Below are positions 1-9,150 of a stretch of DNA of 64,000 nucleotides, piece by piece. The notes below the pieces were generated by a model. It searched no databases. It was given only the letters and a program-made list of their open reading frames with translations, and was not told the DNA's origin. The translations under genes and the position numbers were made by a program. This stretch comes from Vicinamibacterales bacterium. GTDB taxonomy: Bacteria > Acidobacteriota > Vicinamibacteria > Vicinamibacterales > JAMQPK01. Positions within the stretch are counted from its first letter, which is position 1; every line of letters starts with the position of its first letter. The stretch covers positions 334,010-398,009 of the forward strand of contig CAWKKU010000014.1 in NCBI GenBank assembly GCA_963850295.1. Direction: 5' to 3'.

Positions 1-272
1 TGCTCCGTCTGAGCAGCGGAAGGGCCCCGGGTGTCGCACCGGCAAAGATCACAGTGAGCATCGGACCGCATGAGCTCGGCGCGGCGGAGCCGACCGCCGA
101 GTTCAAGGATTATGTCTTCCGTTTATCAGAGTCGGCCCTCGCCGATGTCGCCCTGCATGACGGCCTCGCCGAGTTCGAGCTGCGCAGCACCACCTGGTCG
201 CCGCGCGATCAGGTGAGCGGACGCGACATTCGCAATCTTGGTGTAATGGTCGATCGAGCAGAGATTCGCTAG
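1..272 (+). CDS. 3' end of an unidentified gene (5' end upstream of window); C-terminal tail domain only
   Basis: Frame 3 is open from base 3 to TAG 270-272 (the ORF track shows it only from 54). The tail ...TTWSPRDQVSGRDIRNLGVMVDRAEIR resembles the extreme C-terminus of the 47191..49299 product (...TPTWSSPDKPPGTPDTKDMGVMVGEVRAV). No catalytic motif is visible. Confidence 0.4.
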   Translation, partial: LRLSSGRAPGVAPAKITVSIGPHELGAAEPTAEFKDYVFRLSESALADVALHDGLAEFELRSTTWSPRDQVSGRDIRNLGVMVDRAEIR

Positions 273-1453
273 TGTTTGAACACCTGCAGATTCCGTATCA
301 ACGGGATCGTCTCCTGGTCGGCATGGCCGACGGTGGACTCGAGCTCGTCAAGCTGCTGGGATGGCCCCCCGCCGGGATCCCGCAGGCGCACGACGCACCT
401 CGACGAATTCTACTTTTGCGCCTCGAGCGGGTCGGAGACTTGCTCATGGCGCTCGACGCCATCGCCTTGGCACGCGCGCTCGCGCCGCAATCGGAAATCA
501 CACTTGCCGTGGGTAGCTGGAATCTGGCAATCGCGCGGCTCATCCGCGACGTTGACCGCATCGATGTCATCGATGCGCCGTGGATGGCACGCGGGTCCAG
601 TGGCGCGTCATGGACGGCGCTGGCACAGATGACGCGAGTCTGGCGCCGCCGCCACTACGATCTTGGGGTCAACCTGGAACCCGACATCCGAAGCAACCTG
701 CTCCTCGCCTTGTCGGGCGCCAGACGCCGTGTCGGATTTCTCTCCGGGGGAGGCGGCGCGCTGTTGACCGACGCGTTGGCCCTGGATCCCGCAGCTCACG
801 TTGCCCAGAACGCGACGAGGGTCGTCCGGCTCGCGCTCGGCGCCCGCGATGCGCGGATAGAGCAAGCGACCGGAAGATTGCACATCCCCGACGAAGCGCG
901 GCGCCGCGCCTCGGAACTGTTGTCGCACGCCCGGACCGGCACGCAGTTGATCGGCATCCAACCCGGTGCGGGACGAAGCATCAAAGAATGGGATCCCGCC
1001 CGCTTCGCCGAAGTCGGAGCCCGGCTGGCGGTAAGGCCCGGCACATCGGTCATCCTCATTGGTTCCGCGGCAGACCGGCCAGCCCTGGACGGGTTCCGTG
1101 CAGCCTGGCCCGGCGATGTTCCGCTCACGCAGCTGCCGGTCGACGCCGATCTCGTGGTGCTCGCGGCCGTACTGGAGCAGCTCAGTCTGTTCATCACCGG
1201 TGACACCGGGCCTATGCATCTCGCCGCAGCGGTCGGGACGCCGGTACTCGCCATTTTTGGCCCGTCGCTGCCGACGCGTTACGCGCCGCTTGCCGCGCGT
1301 TCCCGGATCGTCCGCATCGACATTGCGTGCAGCCCATGCAACCTGCTGCGGCGGCCGCCGGCGCGGTGTGTTGGCCACGTGCCCGATTGTCTAGCGGGCA
1401 TCACGTCCGCCGAGGTGCTTCAGGCTGCCGACGAGCTGCTCCACGCGTCATGA
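272..1453 (+). CDS. Glycosyltransferase family 9 (ADP-heptose:LPS heptosyltransferase-like)
   Basis: 393-aa ORF. The GTG start at 272 overlaps the upstream TAG by 1 nt (TAGTG). GT9-typical segments: RILLLRLERVGDLLMALDAI, IGIQPGAGRSIKEWDPARFAEVG, FITGDTGPMHLAAAVGTPVLAIFGPS. Confidence 0.8.
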   Translation: MFEHLQIPYQRDRLLVGMADGGLELVKLLGWPPAGIPQAHDAPRRILLLRLERVGDLLMALDAIALARALAPQSEITLAVGSWNLAIARLIRDVDRIDVIDAPWMARGSSGASWTALAQMTRVWRRRHYDLGVNLEPDIRSNLLLALSGARRRVGFLSGGGGALLTDALALDPAAHVAQNATRVVRLALGARDARIEQATGRLHIPDEARRRASELLSHARTGTQLIGIQPGAGRSIKEWDPARFAEVGARLAVRPGTSVILIGSAADRPALDGFRAAWPGDVPLTQLPVDADLVVLAAVLEQLSLFITGDTGPMHLAAAVGTPVLAIFGPSLPTRYAPLAARSRIVRIDIACSPCNLLRRPPARCVGHVPDCLAGITSAEVLQAADELLHAS

Positions 1454-4284
1454 CCTCGACGCCGGCACGGGCGGCGCTTCTCTACGCCGCCGCTACTATC
1501 ATCGTCTCCGCGCTGCCGGCGATCATCGAAGCAGTCACACCGCGGCCCGGGCTGGTTCGCTCGTTCTACCCGCGATCGGACTTCAGCGGCGCCCCCATCG
1601 AGGCTCGCACCACAGAGCTCAGCCTGCGCTTCCTCGACGACAGTCCGGCGCTGCCGCGGCAACAGTTCAGCGCGCGATGGAGAGGCTACTTCTACATCGC
1701 AGAATCGCAAACGGTCGAGTTCTTCGCAGGCGGCGACGATGAGGTGCAGCTGCGTGTGAACGGCGAGGTGTTGCTCAACCGCAACGCTCGCGAAGGCATG
1801 GGCACCCGCGGCCGAACGCTGGCACTTGCGGCCGGAGCGCACGAGATTGCGGTCGACTACAGGCAGTTCGGCGGCAATTTGCGATTGAACATCCAGCGCA
1901 CGCTCGCCGGTCAACAGCCTCACCCGTTCCTGCCGGCCGAACTGTTTTCCGAGTCCGTCGGACCACGGCAGATCTTCGTCCTCGACGTGGCGCGCACGCT
2001 GCGCCGCGTCGCTGCAGGAGCGCGCGCGGCTCTCGCTGTTCTGGTGGTGATTGCCTTCGGCGCGCATTACTTCGTGTGGTGGCGCGCGGCAGGCGCGCCG
2101 CGCAGCGCGTCAGAGTATGCCGGCCGATTGTGGCTCGTCGCAGCCCCCGCTCTGCTGGCGCCGGCAGTGGTGTTCCTGATCGGTCCGTCCACGATTTTCA
2201 ACAGCAACACCGGTGAGTTCGCGCTGCCGTTCACGCAGCTCGCCGCCCCCTGGCTGCTGAGAACGACCGCCATCAACTGGGCAGCTCTTTTTACCGTCGG
2301 CTGCGCGGTTGCGGCCGTGTCCATGCGCGCAACGCAGACATATACCGCGGTGCTGTTCGCGGTTGGGCTGATGCTCTGGGGGCAGGGTCATCTGTGGAAC
2401 CCAGACTATGGGGTCATGAACGGGCGCGATATCGAGTTCTCCGAGCACGCCTGGCGTACGCCCTACGAGCTCTCGGCGCTGACCGGCGTTCTCATCGCGG
2501 CGGTCGTCTTCTCACGCCGGGTGAGTCACATCGCACCGTTCGCATCGCTGGTGTTCCTCGGCATTCAACTCACAGCGGCGGTTGCATCGGGTGCCGATAC
2601 GTCGGCGCAGGGGCCGCGATGGAGCGAGCCGCCGGCCGACATCTTCAGGTTCTCGAGCCGCCACAACATCATTCACGTGGTGCTGGATGAGTTTCAGGCG
2701 GACGTGTTTGCCGACATTCTGGAGCAGGATCGACGCGCGCTCGATCCGATGTTCAGCGGGTTCACCTACTTCGCCGACCATGCCGCCGCGTTTCCGACGA
2801 CCTCGATGAGTATGCCGGCGATGATGACCGGTGAGGTGTATCGCAATCAACAGCCCGCGCCCGAGTTTATCCGGCAGGTCTTTCAGCGGTCGTCGATATT
2901 CGAGAAGACGAGCCGAACCGGCTACGACATCGATGGCATTTCGATTGTGCCCACTCACACCTTCGCGCAGTGGTTCGGACCCGAGGGTCAACCGAATTGG
3001 CCTGGATCGCTCTTCAGGATCCGAAGGCCTTTCATCAGCCAGATCGATTACCGCGAAGTGACGGCGCGGCAGCTTCTCGAACTCTCGCTGTTCCGTCATG
3101 TCCCCCATGTGGTCAAAGCGATCAGCATCGAACATCCCGAGACTGTTTACCGGCCGATCTGGATGGATCGCAGCGAGTCCCCCGCGCAGATCCGGCGGTT
3201 TGAAGCGAGCAGCTCGGTGGCGTTTTTTCAGCAGTTCACGTCGGTGATGGGCATCGGGCGGGAGAAACCGGTCTACAAGTTGCTCCATGTCGGAGTTCCA
3301 CACCGCCCGATCGTCGTCGACCGCGAATGCCGCTTCATCGGGGAGACGGCGATGTCGAGAGCCTCCTATACGGAGCAGTCGCGCTGCGCCATCAAACTGG
3401 TCGGTGAGCTTCTCGAGCGGGCTCGCTCGCTCGGCATTTACGACAGCAGTCTCATCATCATCTCATCGGATCACGGCACCGATCTGCCGATCGGCTTGGC
3501 TGGTCGAAGCGACAGCCTTTCACTACAGGCCGGTCCGTCGACGTCGCACCTGGCCGGTATCGTCTCGCGCTCGCATGCCGTCATGCTGATCAAGCCTCCG
3601 CAAAGTGCCGGTTCGATCAGAATTTCGGACGCGCCCACCGCCCATATCGACCTGCAGGCCACGATCGCGGATCTCATCAAATTGCCTGGTGCATCCGCGG
3701 AGGATTCGATGTTCCGCAGGGACGCGCGGCAGCCCCGCACTCGTCTGTTCGGGATGTACGATCCCCGTGAGCGGTTCCCTGCTGAATATTTCGAGCGGCT
3801 CGACGTTATCTCCATCGACGGACGCATCACCGACGCAGCGTCATGGAACGTGGTGCGATCGATATGGCGGCCCGATCTTCGCCTCGACGCGTCACGCGTC
3901 GACGTCGGTCCTCGCGACGCCCATCGATTCCTCGGTCCGGGCTGGTCGTTCGAAGGCAGGGACAAAAGCGAGTCTGGCGACGTTACCTTCGCTCGCACGG
4001 TGACCAAACGGGCCGTGTTGTTCGCCTCTCTGGGAAGTGGAGGCGCTGAATTGATTTTCCGCGCTTCAGGCCCCCGCCTCGATGGCCCAACGCTGCGTCT
4101 CAGCGTCGACGGCCAGGAAGCCGGCCGGTTCACGGTATCCCCGCGCGCCGGATATGCCGAGTACCGCGTCCGTATCCCAGCGGCGCCGTTGCGACCGGCA
4201 ATCAGTGAAATCACGCTGGAATTCGCGTCAGACGAGGAGAACCTCGAGATCAGGGTCGATCGCTTCGATGTCAGGCGCGGCTGA
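1450..4284 (+). CDS. Large membrane protein: PA14-like domain + polytopic membrane region + alkaline-phosphatase/sulfatase-fold (LtaS/EptA-like) domain + C-terminal tail domain
   Basis: An in-frame ATG at 1450 forms an ATGA overlap with the GT9 stop. PA14-like stretch: FSARWRGYFYIAESQTVEFFAGGDDEVQLRVNGEVLL...HEIAVDYRQFGG. This is followed by many hydrophobic helices, then a sulfatase-fold core (NIIHVVLDEFQADVF, FPTTSMSMPAMMTG, LIIISSDHGTD). No Cys/Ser-x-Pro-x-Arg formylglycine motif was seen. Confidence 0.7.
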   Translation: MTSTPARAALLYAAATIIVSALPAIIEAVTPRPGLVRSFYPRSDFSGAPIEARTTELSLRFLDDSPALPRQQFSARWRGYFYIAESQTVEFFAGGDDEVQLRVNGEVLLNRNAREGMGTRGRTLALAAGAHEIAVDYRQFGGNLRLNIQRTLAGQQPHPFLPAELFSESVGPRQIFVLDVARTLRRVAAGARAALAVLVVIAFGAHYFVWWRAAGAPRSASEYAGRLWLVAAPALLAPAVVFLIGPSTIFNSNTGEFALPFTQLAAPWLLRTTAINWAALFTVGCAVAAVSMRATQTYTAVLFAVGLMLWGQGHLWNPDYGVMNGRDIEFSEHAWRTPYELSALTGVLIAAVVFSRRVSHIAPFASLVFLGIQLTAAVASGADTSAQGPRWSEPPADIFRFSSRHNIIHVVLDEFQADVFADILEQDRRALDPMFSGFTYFADHAAAFPTTSMSMPAMMTGEVYRNQQPAPEFIRQVFQRSSIFEKTSRTGYDIDGISIVPTHTFAQWFGPEGQPNWPGSLFRIRRPFISQIDYREVTARQLLELSLFRHVPHVVKAISIEHPETVYRPIWMDRSESPAQIRRFEASSSVAFFQQFTSVMGIGREKPVYKLLHVGVPHRPIVVDRECRFIGETAMSRASYTEQSRCAIKLVGELLERARSLGIYDSSLIIISSDHGTDLPIGLAGRSDSLSLQAGPSTSHLAGIVSRSHAVMLIKPPQSAGSIRISDAPTAHIDLQATIADLIKLPGASAEDSMFRRDARQPRTRLFGMYDPRERFPAEYFERLDVISIDGRITDAASWNVVRSIWRPDLRLDASRVDVGPRDAHRFLGPGWSFEGRDKSESGDVTFARTVTKRAVLFASLGSGGAELIFRASGPRLDGPTLRLSVDGQEAGRFTVSPRAGYAEYRVRIPAAPLRPAISEITLEFASDEENLEIRVDRFDVRRG

Positions 4285-5560
4285 ATGGAGCCTGCGAGTC
4301 AGTGAGCAGCTCGCGATACACGTCGAGCAGCCGATCGGTCACCGCGTCGAGCGAAAAATCGCGCTCCACGATGGCGCGGCTCGCCTCGCCCATTTCAGCA
4401 AGACGAGCGCGCTCGACGATCGCCCGTTCGCACGCATCCGCGAGTGCGTGCGCGTCGCCGGGTGCTACGAGCCATCCGTTGACACCGTCGAACACTTTGT
4501 CCGGCAGCCCACCGGCCCGCGTGGCGATTACCGGACGACGGTGAGCCATCGCCTCGAGCGTGACCAGTGAGCTCCCTTCATACAGCGTCGGGTGAACGAA
4601 CACGGTGGCCGCCCGGTACCATGCGTGAAGGTCCTCGGACGTCGCACGCCCCCAGATGACGACATGACGCTGCAGGCCGGCAGCGGCGATTTCACGCTCG
4701 AGGCCGCTTCGTTGCGGCCCATCGCCGACCAGAACCCATCGCCAGTGTCCCTCCGTCGCGCCCCGCTCGCGCAGCATGACAAGCGCGCGCATCAGCACGT
4801 CGAAGCCCTTGCTGCTGTCGATGCGCCCCGCGCTCAATAACAGAACGTCGTCCGGCCTCAGTCCGATGCGCTCCGTGAGGGCCGAGGCACGAGCTGCGAT
4901 GGCCGGCCGATCGAACTCGCTCAGGTCAACCGCATTCGGAATGACACGCACGACGTCGAGACTGACGCCGAGGTGGGCCGCCACAGGATCGACCAACGCC
5001 CGGTCCGTTGCGATGATCCGATCTGCGGCCCGGCCGCAACGGCGCACGGCGAGCCGCAAAGGCCAATAAGCCATGCGCTTGAGAGGCGCGCGCGCCGGAT
5101 CCGTCGATCCAAATTCCTCCAGGCCGTGTGGGTTCATGACGAGCGGCGCTCGCCGGCTTCCACGGGGAACGTTCGCATATCCCAGCACGCTCGCGCCCAT
5201 GCCATGAACGACATCAATCTCATCACGCGCGGACAGGTCGGCGGCCACACGACCCGCGCGCATGCCGAAGGCGGGATACGCGGTAATGCGATCGAGAATC
5301 GTTGTTCCGCGCCGGTTCGAAAAAGGAAACGTGAGGTAAGGAACCGGTCTGAACGTGAGGTGCGGGTGACGGTAAACACCTTCGGCGTCAGGCTCCCGGG
5401 GCCGCTGTGAGGCGGGCGGAGGCGCAATTAACGTAATCCGTACGTTTCGAGCGAGCAGGCTGCGGACGAGGTCATAACCGTGGCGTTCGAGCCCGCCATA
5501 ACGATGCAGTGGATAGATAGACCGCGTCACCACCGCAACGCGCAGCGGACTACGATCCAT
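4271..5560 (-). CDS. Glycosyltransferase, GT4 family (GT-B fold)
   Basis: The likely start is ATG 5560 (MDRSPLRVAVVTRSIYPLHRYGGLERH), just inside the upstream stop at 5550-5552. C-terminal GT4 pattern: VHPTLYEGSSLVTLEAMAHRRPVIATRAGGLPD. Confidence 0.8.
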   Translation of the reverse strand: MDRSPLRVAVVTRSIYPLHRYGGLERHGYDLVRSLLARNVRITLIAPPPASQRPREPDAEGVYRHPHLTFRPVPYLTFPFSNRRGTTILDRITAYPAFGMRAGRVAADLSARDEIDVVHGMGASVLGYANVPRGSRRAPLVMNPHGLEEFGSTDPARAPLKRMAYWPLRLAVRRCGRAADRIIATDRALVDPVAAHLGVSLDVVRVIPNAVDLSEFDRPAIAARASALTERIGLRPDDVLLLSAGRIDSSKGFDVLMRALVMLRERGATEGHWRWVLVGDGPQRSGLEREIAAAGLQRHVVIWGRATSEDLHAWYRAATVFVHPTLYEGSSLVTLEAMAHRRPVIATRAGGLPDKVFDGVNGWLVAPGDAHALADACERAIVERARLAEMGEASRAIVERDFSLDAVTDRLLDVYRELLTDSQAPFSRA

Positions 5561-6800
5561 GCACGACTTCCGTGTACAGCTTTTCCATGCGACTGACGAC
5601 AACCGGCAGGTCGAACTCCGACTGCGCACGGGCAGCCGCGCCTTCGGCGAGCCGTGCGCGGAGCCCGGCATCACCCGTAAGCCTGGCGACGTCAGCTGCC
5701 AGACCGGCCACCGACGTCGACAGCAGACCTGTCTTGTCATGGACGAGGATATCTTCGGTGCCACCGGTGTTCATTGCCGCGATCGGCACTCCGAGCGCGC
5801 TCGCTTCGATGAGCACCCGGCTCAGAGTTTCGAGACAGTTCGACGGAAATATCAGCACCGCCGCGTGATACATCCATCGGAAGACCTCGTCCCTGCTCTG
5901 CCAACCCACGACGCGGAGATCACGCGTTGCGGCCGTAGCAGCAGCCTCGATCGCGGGTCGTTCCGGGCCGTCGCCAACAACGACGAGCGGCATCTCAAGG
6001 CCCGCGCGTTCGGCGACATCGACGAGTAAATGGGCGCCCTTGTTCTTCGCCAGTTTGCCGACAAAGAGCGCGTATGGCTGGCCAATCGGTGAACGCGTTG
6101 TCTTCACGGCCGCCCGGACCGCTGCCACGTCGACGCCATTTGGAATGGTTTCGATCCTCGTATCGATCAGATCGCGCGCGTGCCTGCGCAAATCGGCGGC
6201 GACACGGTGACTCACAGCGACGATGGCGTCCGCTCGAGCCAGGCTCGCCTGTTTGCGCCGCAGATTCGCGCGCATGTAGGGAATCAGCGGAATCGCTGCC
6301 GGCCAGGCACCGCGCGCTCTCGGCCGAACGCAGCGCGTCATTGCCGAAGCTGAACAGCCGCCGCAGACGGCTCCGCTTTCGGGATCCACGAGGAGATCGC
6401 TCCAGTAGCACAACGGCCAGTAGTCGCGAACGGTGCACACCGACGGGATGCGTGCCTGCGCGGCGGCGATCACCGCAGCCGGCCCGGTGAGGACGTGCTG
6501 AGCATGGACGAGCTCGATCCGCTCCCGCTCGATCACCTTCGTGAGATAACGCGCCAGCCGGGGATAGAGCCGCTCGTTGCGAAAGTAATTCCTCAGAAAC
6601 GGCACGCGCGGCGCGCGCGCGGAAAACGCAGAAACCGTGAACCCATCGTAGCCGGCCGGAACCGGCGAGGACTCGGAGTAGGGCTGCACGATGGTGATGT
6701 CATGCCCTTTCGCGCGCAGCCCTTTCGCCAGCTCGTATGTACTCCAGCCGCTCCCGCCAGAACCCGGCGGAAAGGCGTCGGTGGCGATCAGGATACGCAT
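5550..6800 (-). CDS. Glycosyltransferase, GT4 family
   Basis: Start ATG 6800 (MRILIATDAFPPGSGGSGWSTYELAKGL). C-terminal segment IFPSNCLETLSRVLIEASALGVPIAAMNTGGTEDI. Overlaps the neighbouring genes by a few nt. Confidence 0.8.
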   Translation of the reverse strand: MRILIATDAFPPGSGGSGWSTYELAKGLRAKGHDITIVQPYSESSPVPAGYDGFTVSAFSARAPRVPFLRNYFRNERLYPRLARYLTKVIERERIELVHAQHVLTGPAAVIAAAQARIPSVCTVRDYWPLCYWSDLLVDPESGAVCGGCSASAMTRCVRPRARGAWPAAIPLIPYMRANLRRKQASLARADAIVAVSHRVAADLRRHARDLIDTRIETIPNGVDVAAVRAAVKTTRSPIGQPYALFVGKLAKNKGAHLLVDVAERAGLEMPLVVVGDGPERPAIEAAATAATRDLRVVGWQSRDEVFRWMYHAAVLIFPSNCLETLSRVLIEASALGVPIAAMNTGGTEDILVHDKTGLLSTSVAGLAADVARLTGDAGLRARLAEGAAARAQSEFDLPVVVSRMEKLYTEVVHGS

Positions 6801-7951
6801 GTCATGCGATCGCGCGCCGCTCGGATGGCGTCCTGCAGGCCGCGGCAGTGCGCTTCCCAACTGAAGTCCCGCACGGCGTGGGCTCGCGCGGCCGCACCAA
6901 ATTGACGGCGCAGCGCGGGATCCGACAGTCGCTCCAGCGCACCGGCGAGCCCGTCAGGATCGGCGCCGTCGTACAGGATGCCATCGGTGCCGTCACTTAC
7001 AAGCTGCGCGATTCGCTCGATCCGCGGGGCGACTACGGGCAGGCCGGACGACATGTACTCGAATATCTTCAGCGGCGACCAGTGAAATTCGTGCGCCAGC
7101 GACGGGTGCGCCTTCACGTCGAACGGGGCCGCCCCGATGTCGGCGGCGGCGAGGATCGCCGGTACCTGCGAGTGAGGTACGGCACCGAGCACCGCAATGC
7201 CGTCAACCCCTTCGGCCGCCCGGCGCACTCGCTGAAGCTCGGGACCATCCCCGACCAGTACCGCTTTGATCGTCGAATGCCCCCGGGCACGCAGGCGGCG
7301 AATCGCGTCGACGAGGTGGACTGCACCGTGCCAGGCGCGGAACGCTCCCGCAAAAACGACGATGGTGTCGCCGGGATTCCTCTGAAACGGTACCGGGCCC
7401 GTCGCGTCTGGACGGAAGCGCACGGTGTCGGCTCCCCACTCGGTCGTGAAAATCTTCGAGCGTGGCACCTGCGGCGGGATGATCCGAGTGCTCGGGGTGA
7501 CGATCAAGTGACTCGACCGGCACTGCCATTCCCGCCAGCGCCGCATCGGCTCGATCACGAGACACTTGTCGACGATCCGCTTCGTTGATCCGGGATAGTC
7601 GCTCACCGGAGCATTGATTTCCAGCACGGCCGCGGCGCCGATCCGCCGCGCCGCGAGCACGCCTTCACCGCCAAAGTTGTAGTACCGCTCGATGATCACA
7701 TCGGGCCTGAACGCGCGGGCCGCGGCAAGGACAGCTGGGGCGCGAAAAAGCCGCAGCCGCCGGCTGCCGAATGGTGGCGCGATCGGCGACCATGTCGCCG
7801 CGCCGGCGGGCCGAACGTCGTGGCCTGGCGAAGCCAGCACGTGGACGTCATGGCCCAGTTGAGCGAGACCTTCGGCTACCGACATCACGTGGACTGATCC
7901 GCCATCGTAACTCGGCACACGCTGGTCGATGGCACTGTAGAGAATTCTCAT
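6788..7951 (-). CDS. Glycosyltransferase, GT4 family
   Basis: Start ATG 7951 in an ATGA overlap with the upstream stop at 7948-7950. MRILYSAIDQRVPSYDGGSVHVMSVAEGLAQLGHDVHV; C-terminal SPLKIFEYMSSGLPVVAPR. Confidence 0.8.
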   Translation of the reverse strand: MRILYSAIDQRVPSYDGGSVHVMSVAEGLAQLGHDVHVLASPGHDVRPAGAATWSPIAPPFGSRRLRLFRAPAVLAAARAFRPDVIIERYYNFGGEGVLAARRIGAAAVLEINAPVSDYPGSTKRIVDKCLVIEPMRRWREWQCRSSHLIVTPSTRIIPPQVPRSKIFTTEWGADTVRFRPDATGPVPFQRNPGDTIVVFAGAFRAWHGAVHLVDAIRRLRARGHSTIKAVLVGDGPELQRVRRAAEGVDGIAVLGAVPHSQVPAILAAADIGAAPFDVKAHPSLAHEFHWSPLKIFEYMSSGLPVVAPRIERIAQLVSDGTDGILYDGADPDGLAGALERLSDPALRRQFGAAARAHAVRDFSWEAHCRGLQDAIRAARDRMTCVS

Positions 7952-9147
7952 CCGACCTGCGCTCCGCCGGCGATGTGCTCCAGCAGGGAGTCGAGGCGCT
8001 CCGCGCGGCGATCCCACGTGTAGTCTGACACCAGGTCGTAAGCGCTCCGGGCACGCCGCTCCGCGGAATCCCAGTCGTCCAGAGTGCGGCGGATGCCTGC
8101 AGCAAGCGCCGCGGGATCCCCTGGGGCGACGAGCACGGCGGCCTCGTCGGTAAGTACCTCCCGAATTGATGCGAGATCCGATGCGACGATTGGTCGTCCC
8201 GCCGCCATATATTCGAAAAGCTTCAGCGGCGACGCGTAACGCTCCGAGATCGGCGTGGACGTGTGCGGCAGCACGAGCACGTCCATTCCGGCGAGAAGCG
8301 CGGGGATGCGATTGCGCTCGACATAGCCGGTGAAAGTGACGCGTGCAGTGAGGCCAAGCGTCTGCGCTTGCTGCTGAAGGCGCTGCAGGTCACGCTCCGC
8401 CGGGTGTCCGCCGACGATGATCGCGCGGACGTGTTCGAGGGTGGCGAGCGCCTCGAGGAGAAGGTGCGGCCCCTTCCAGGGATACAGGTGGCCGATGTAG
8501 CCGACGACAGGATGTGTGGGCCGGGGCCGCCAATCAAAGTGACGTTGTGCCATCAGCCTGACACCGTCCGGAACGATTTTCAGTGAACCGGGACTGCGAG
8601 GCCCGAAGTGCCGCTCGAGATCCTCCGCCAGGCCTCGCGTAATCGCGACATACCCATCTGCCGTTCGCCAGACGCCGGCATCGCGCTCGCGCAATCGCCG
8701 CTGCTTACGCGGAGATGCCGGCACGGCGCCGGTGAGGAGCTCTGGCAGCGTGGCTGCCGATACCGCCGCGAGGCCATGAGACTCGAAGACCACCGGCGGC
8801 CGCAGGCCGCGAGGGATGCGAACGAGGTACGATGCGAGGCCCAAATCGCGCGTGAAGATAATGTCAGCCGCGGCGCGGCCGACGGCGCGGCCGAGAGCAG
8901 CCGCCAGGTACTCCATACGCCTGAGCACATGCGGCCCCGCCACCGGCACGCGTTGCACTGAAAAATTCGGCAGAGGCGCAAGCTCGTAGAACGCAAACGG
9001 ATCGCGCACCGGGCGTGCGGTGTCGGGCCGCACGACGAGCGTCACCGCGTGCCCGCGCTTGGCCAACGCGTAACACGTCTCCATCGACTGGATGCCGTTG
9101 GCGCGATCGAGTGGAAACCGGATGTCGGTGAAATAGCGTATCCGCAC
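7948..9147 (-). CDS. Glycosyltransferase, GT4 family
   Basis: 399-aa ORF. MRIRYFTDIRFPLDRANGIQSMETCYALAKRGHAV; C-terminal SPLKLFEYMAAGRPIVASDLASIREV. Confidence 0.8.
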   Translation of the reverse strand: MRIRYFTDIRFPLDRANGIQSMETCYALAKRGHAVTLVVRPDTARPVRDPFAFYELAPLPNFSVQRVPVAGPHVLRRMEYLAAALGRAVGRAAADIIFTRDLGLASYLVRIPRGLRPPVVFESHGLAAVSAATLPELLTGAVPASPRKQRRLRERDAGVWRTADGYVAITRGLAEDLERHFGPRSPGSLKIVPDGVRLMAQRHFDWRPRPTHPVVGYIGHLYPWKGPHLLLEALATLEHVRAIIVGGHPAERDLQRLQQQAQTLGLTARVTFTGYVERNRIPALLAGMDVLVLPHTSTPISERYASPLKLFEYMAAGRPIVASDLASIREVLTDEAAVLVAPGDPAALAAGIRRTLDDWDSAERRARSAYDLVSDYTWDRRAERLDSLLEHIAGGAQVG

Positions 9148-9150
9148 CGG

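Noticed and set aside
608-1378. Long ORFs antisense to, or out of frame with, annotated genes. Examples: 608..1378(-), 12549..13274(+), 18615..19670(+), 18811..19941(-), 38905..40047(+), 45317..46369(+), 47180..48520(-), 61556..62257(+), 62803..63576(+).
   Set aside because: Their translations are Arg/Pro/Gly/Ala-rich and low in complexity, with no recognisable motifs. They lie entirely opposite or within ORFs that have clear family signatures. Such shadow ORFs are expected in GC-rich DNA because stop codons are rare.
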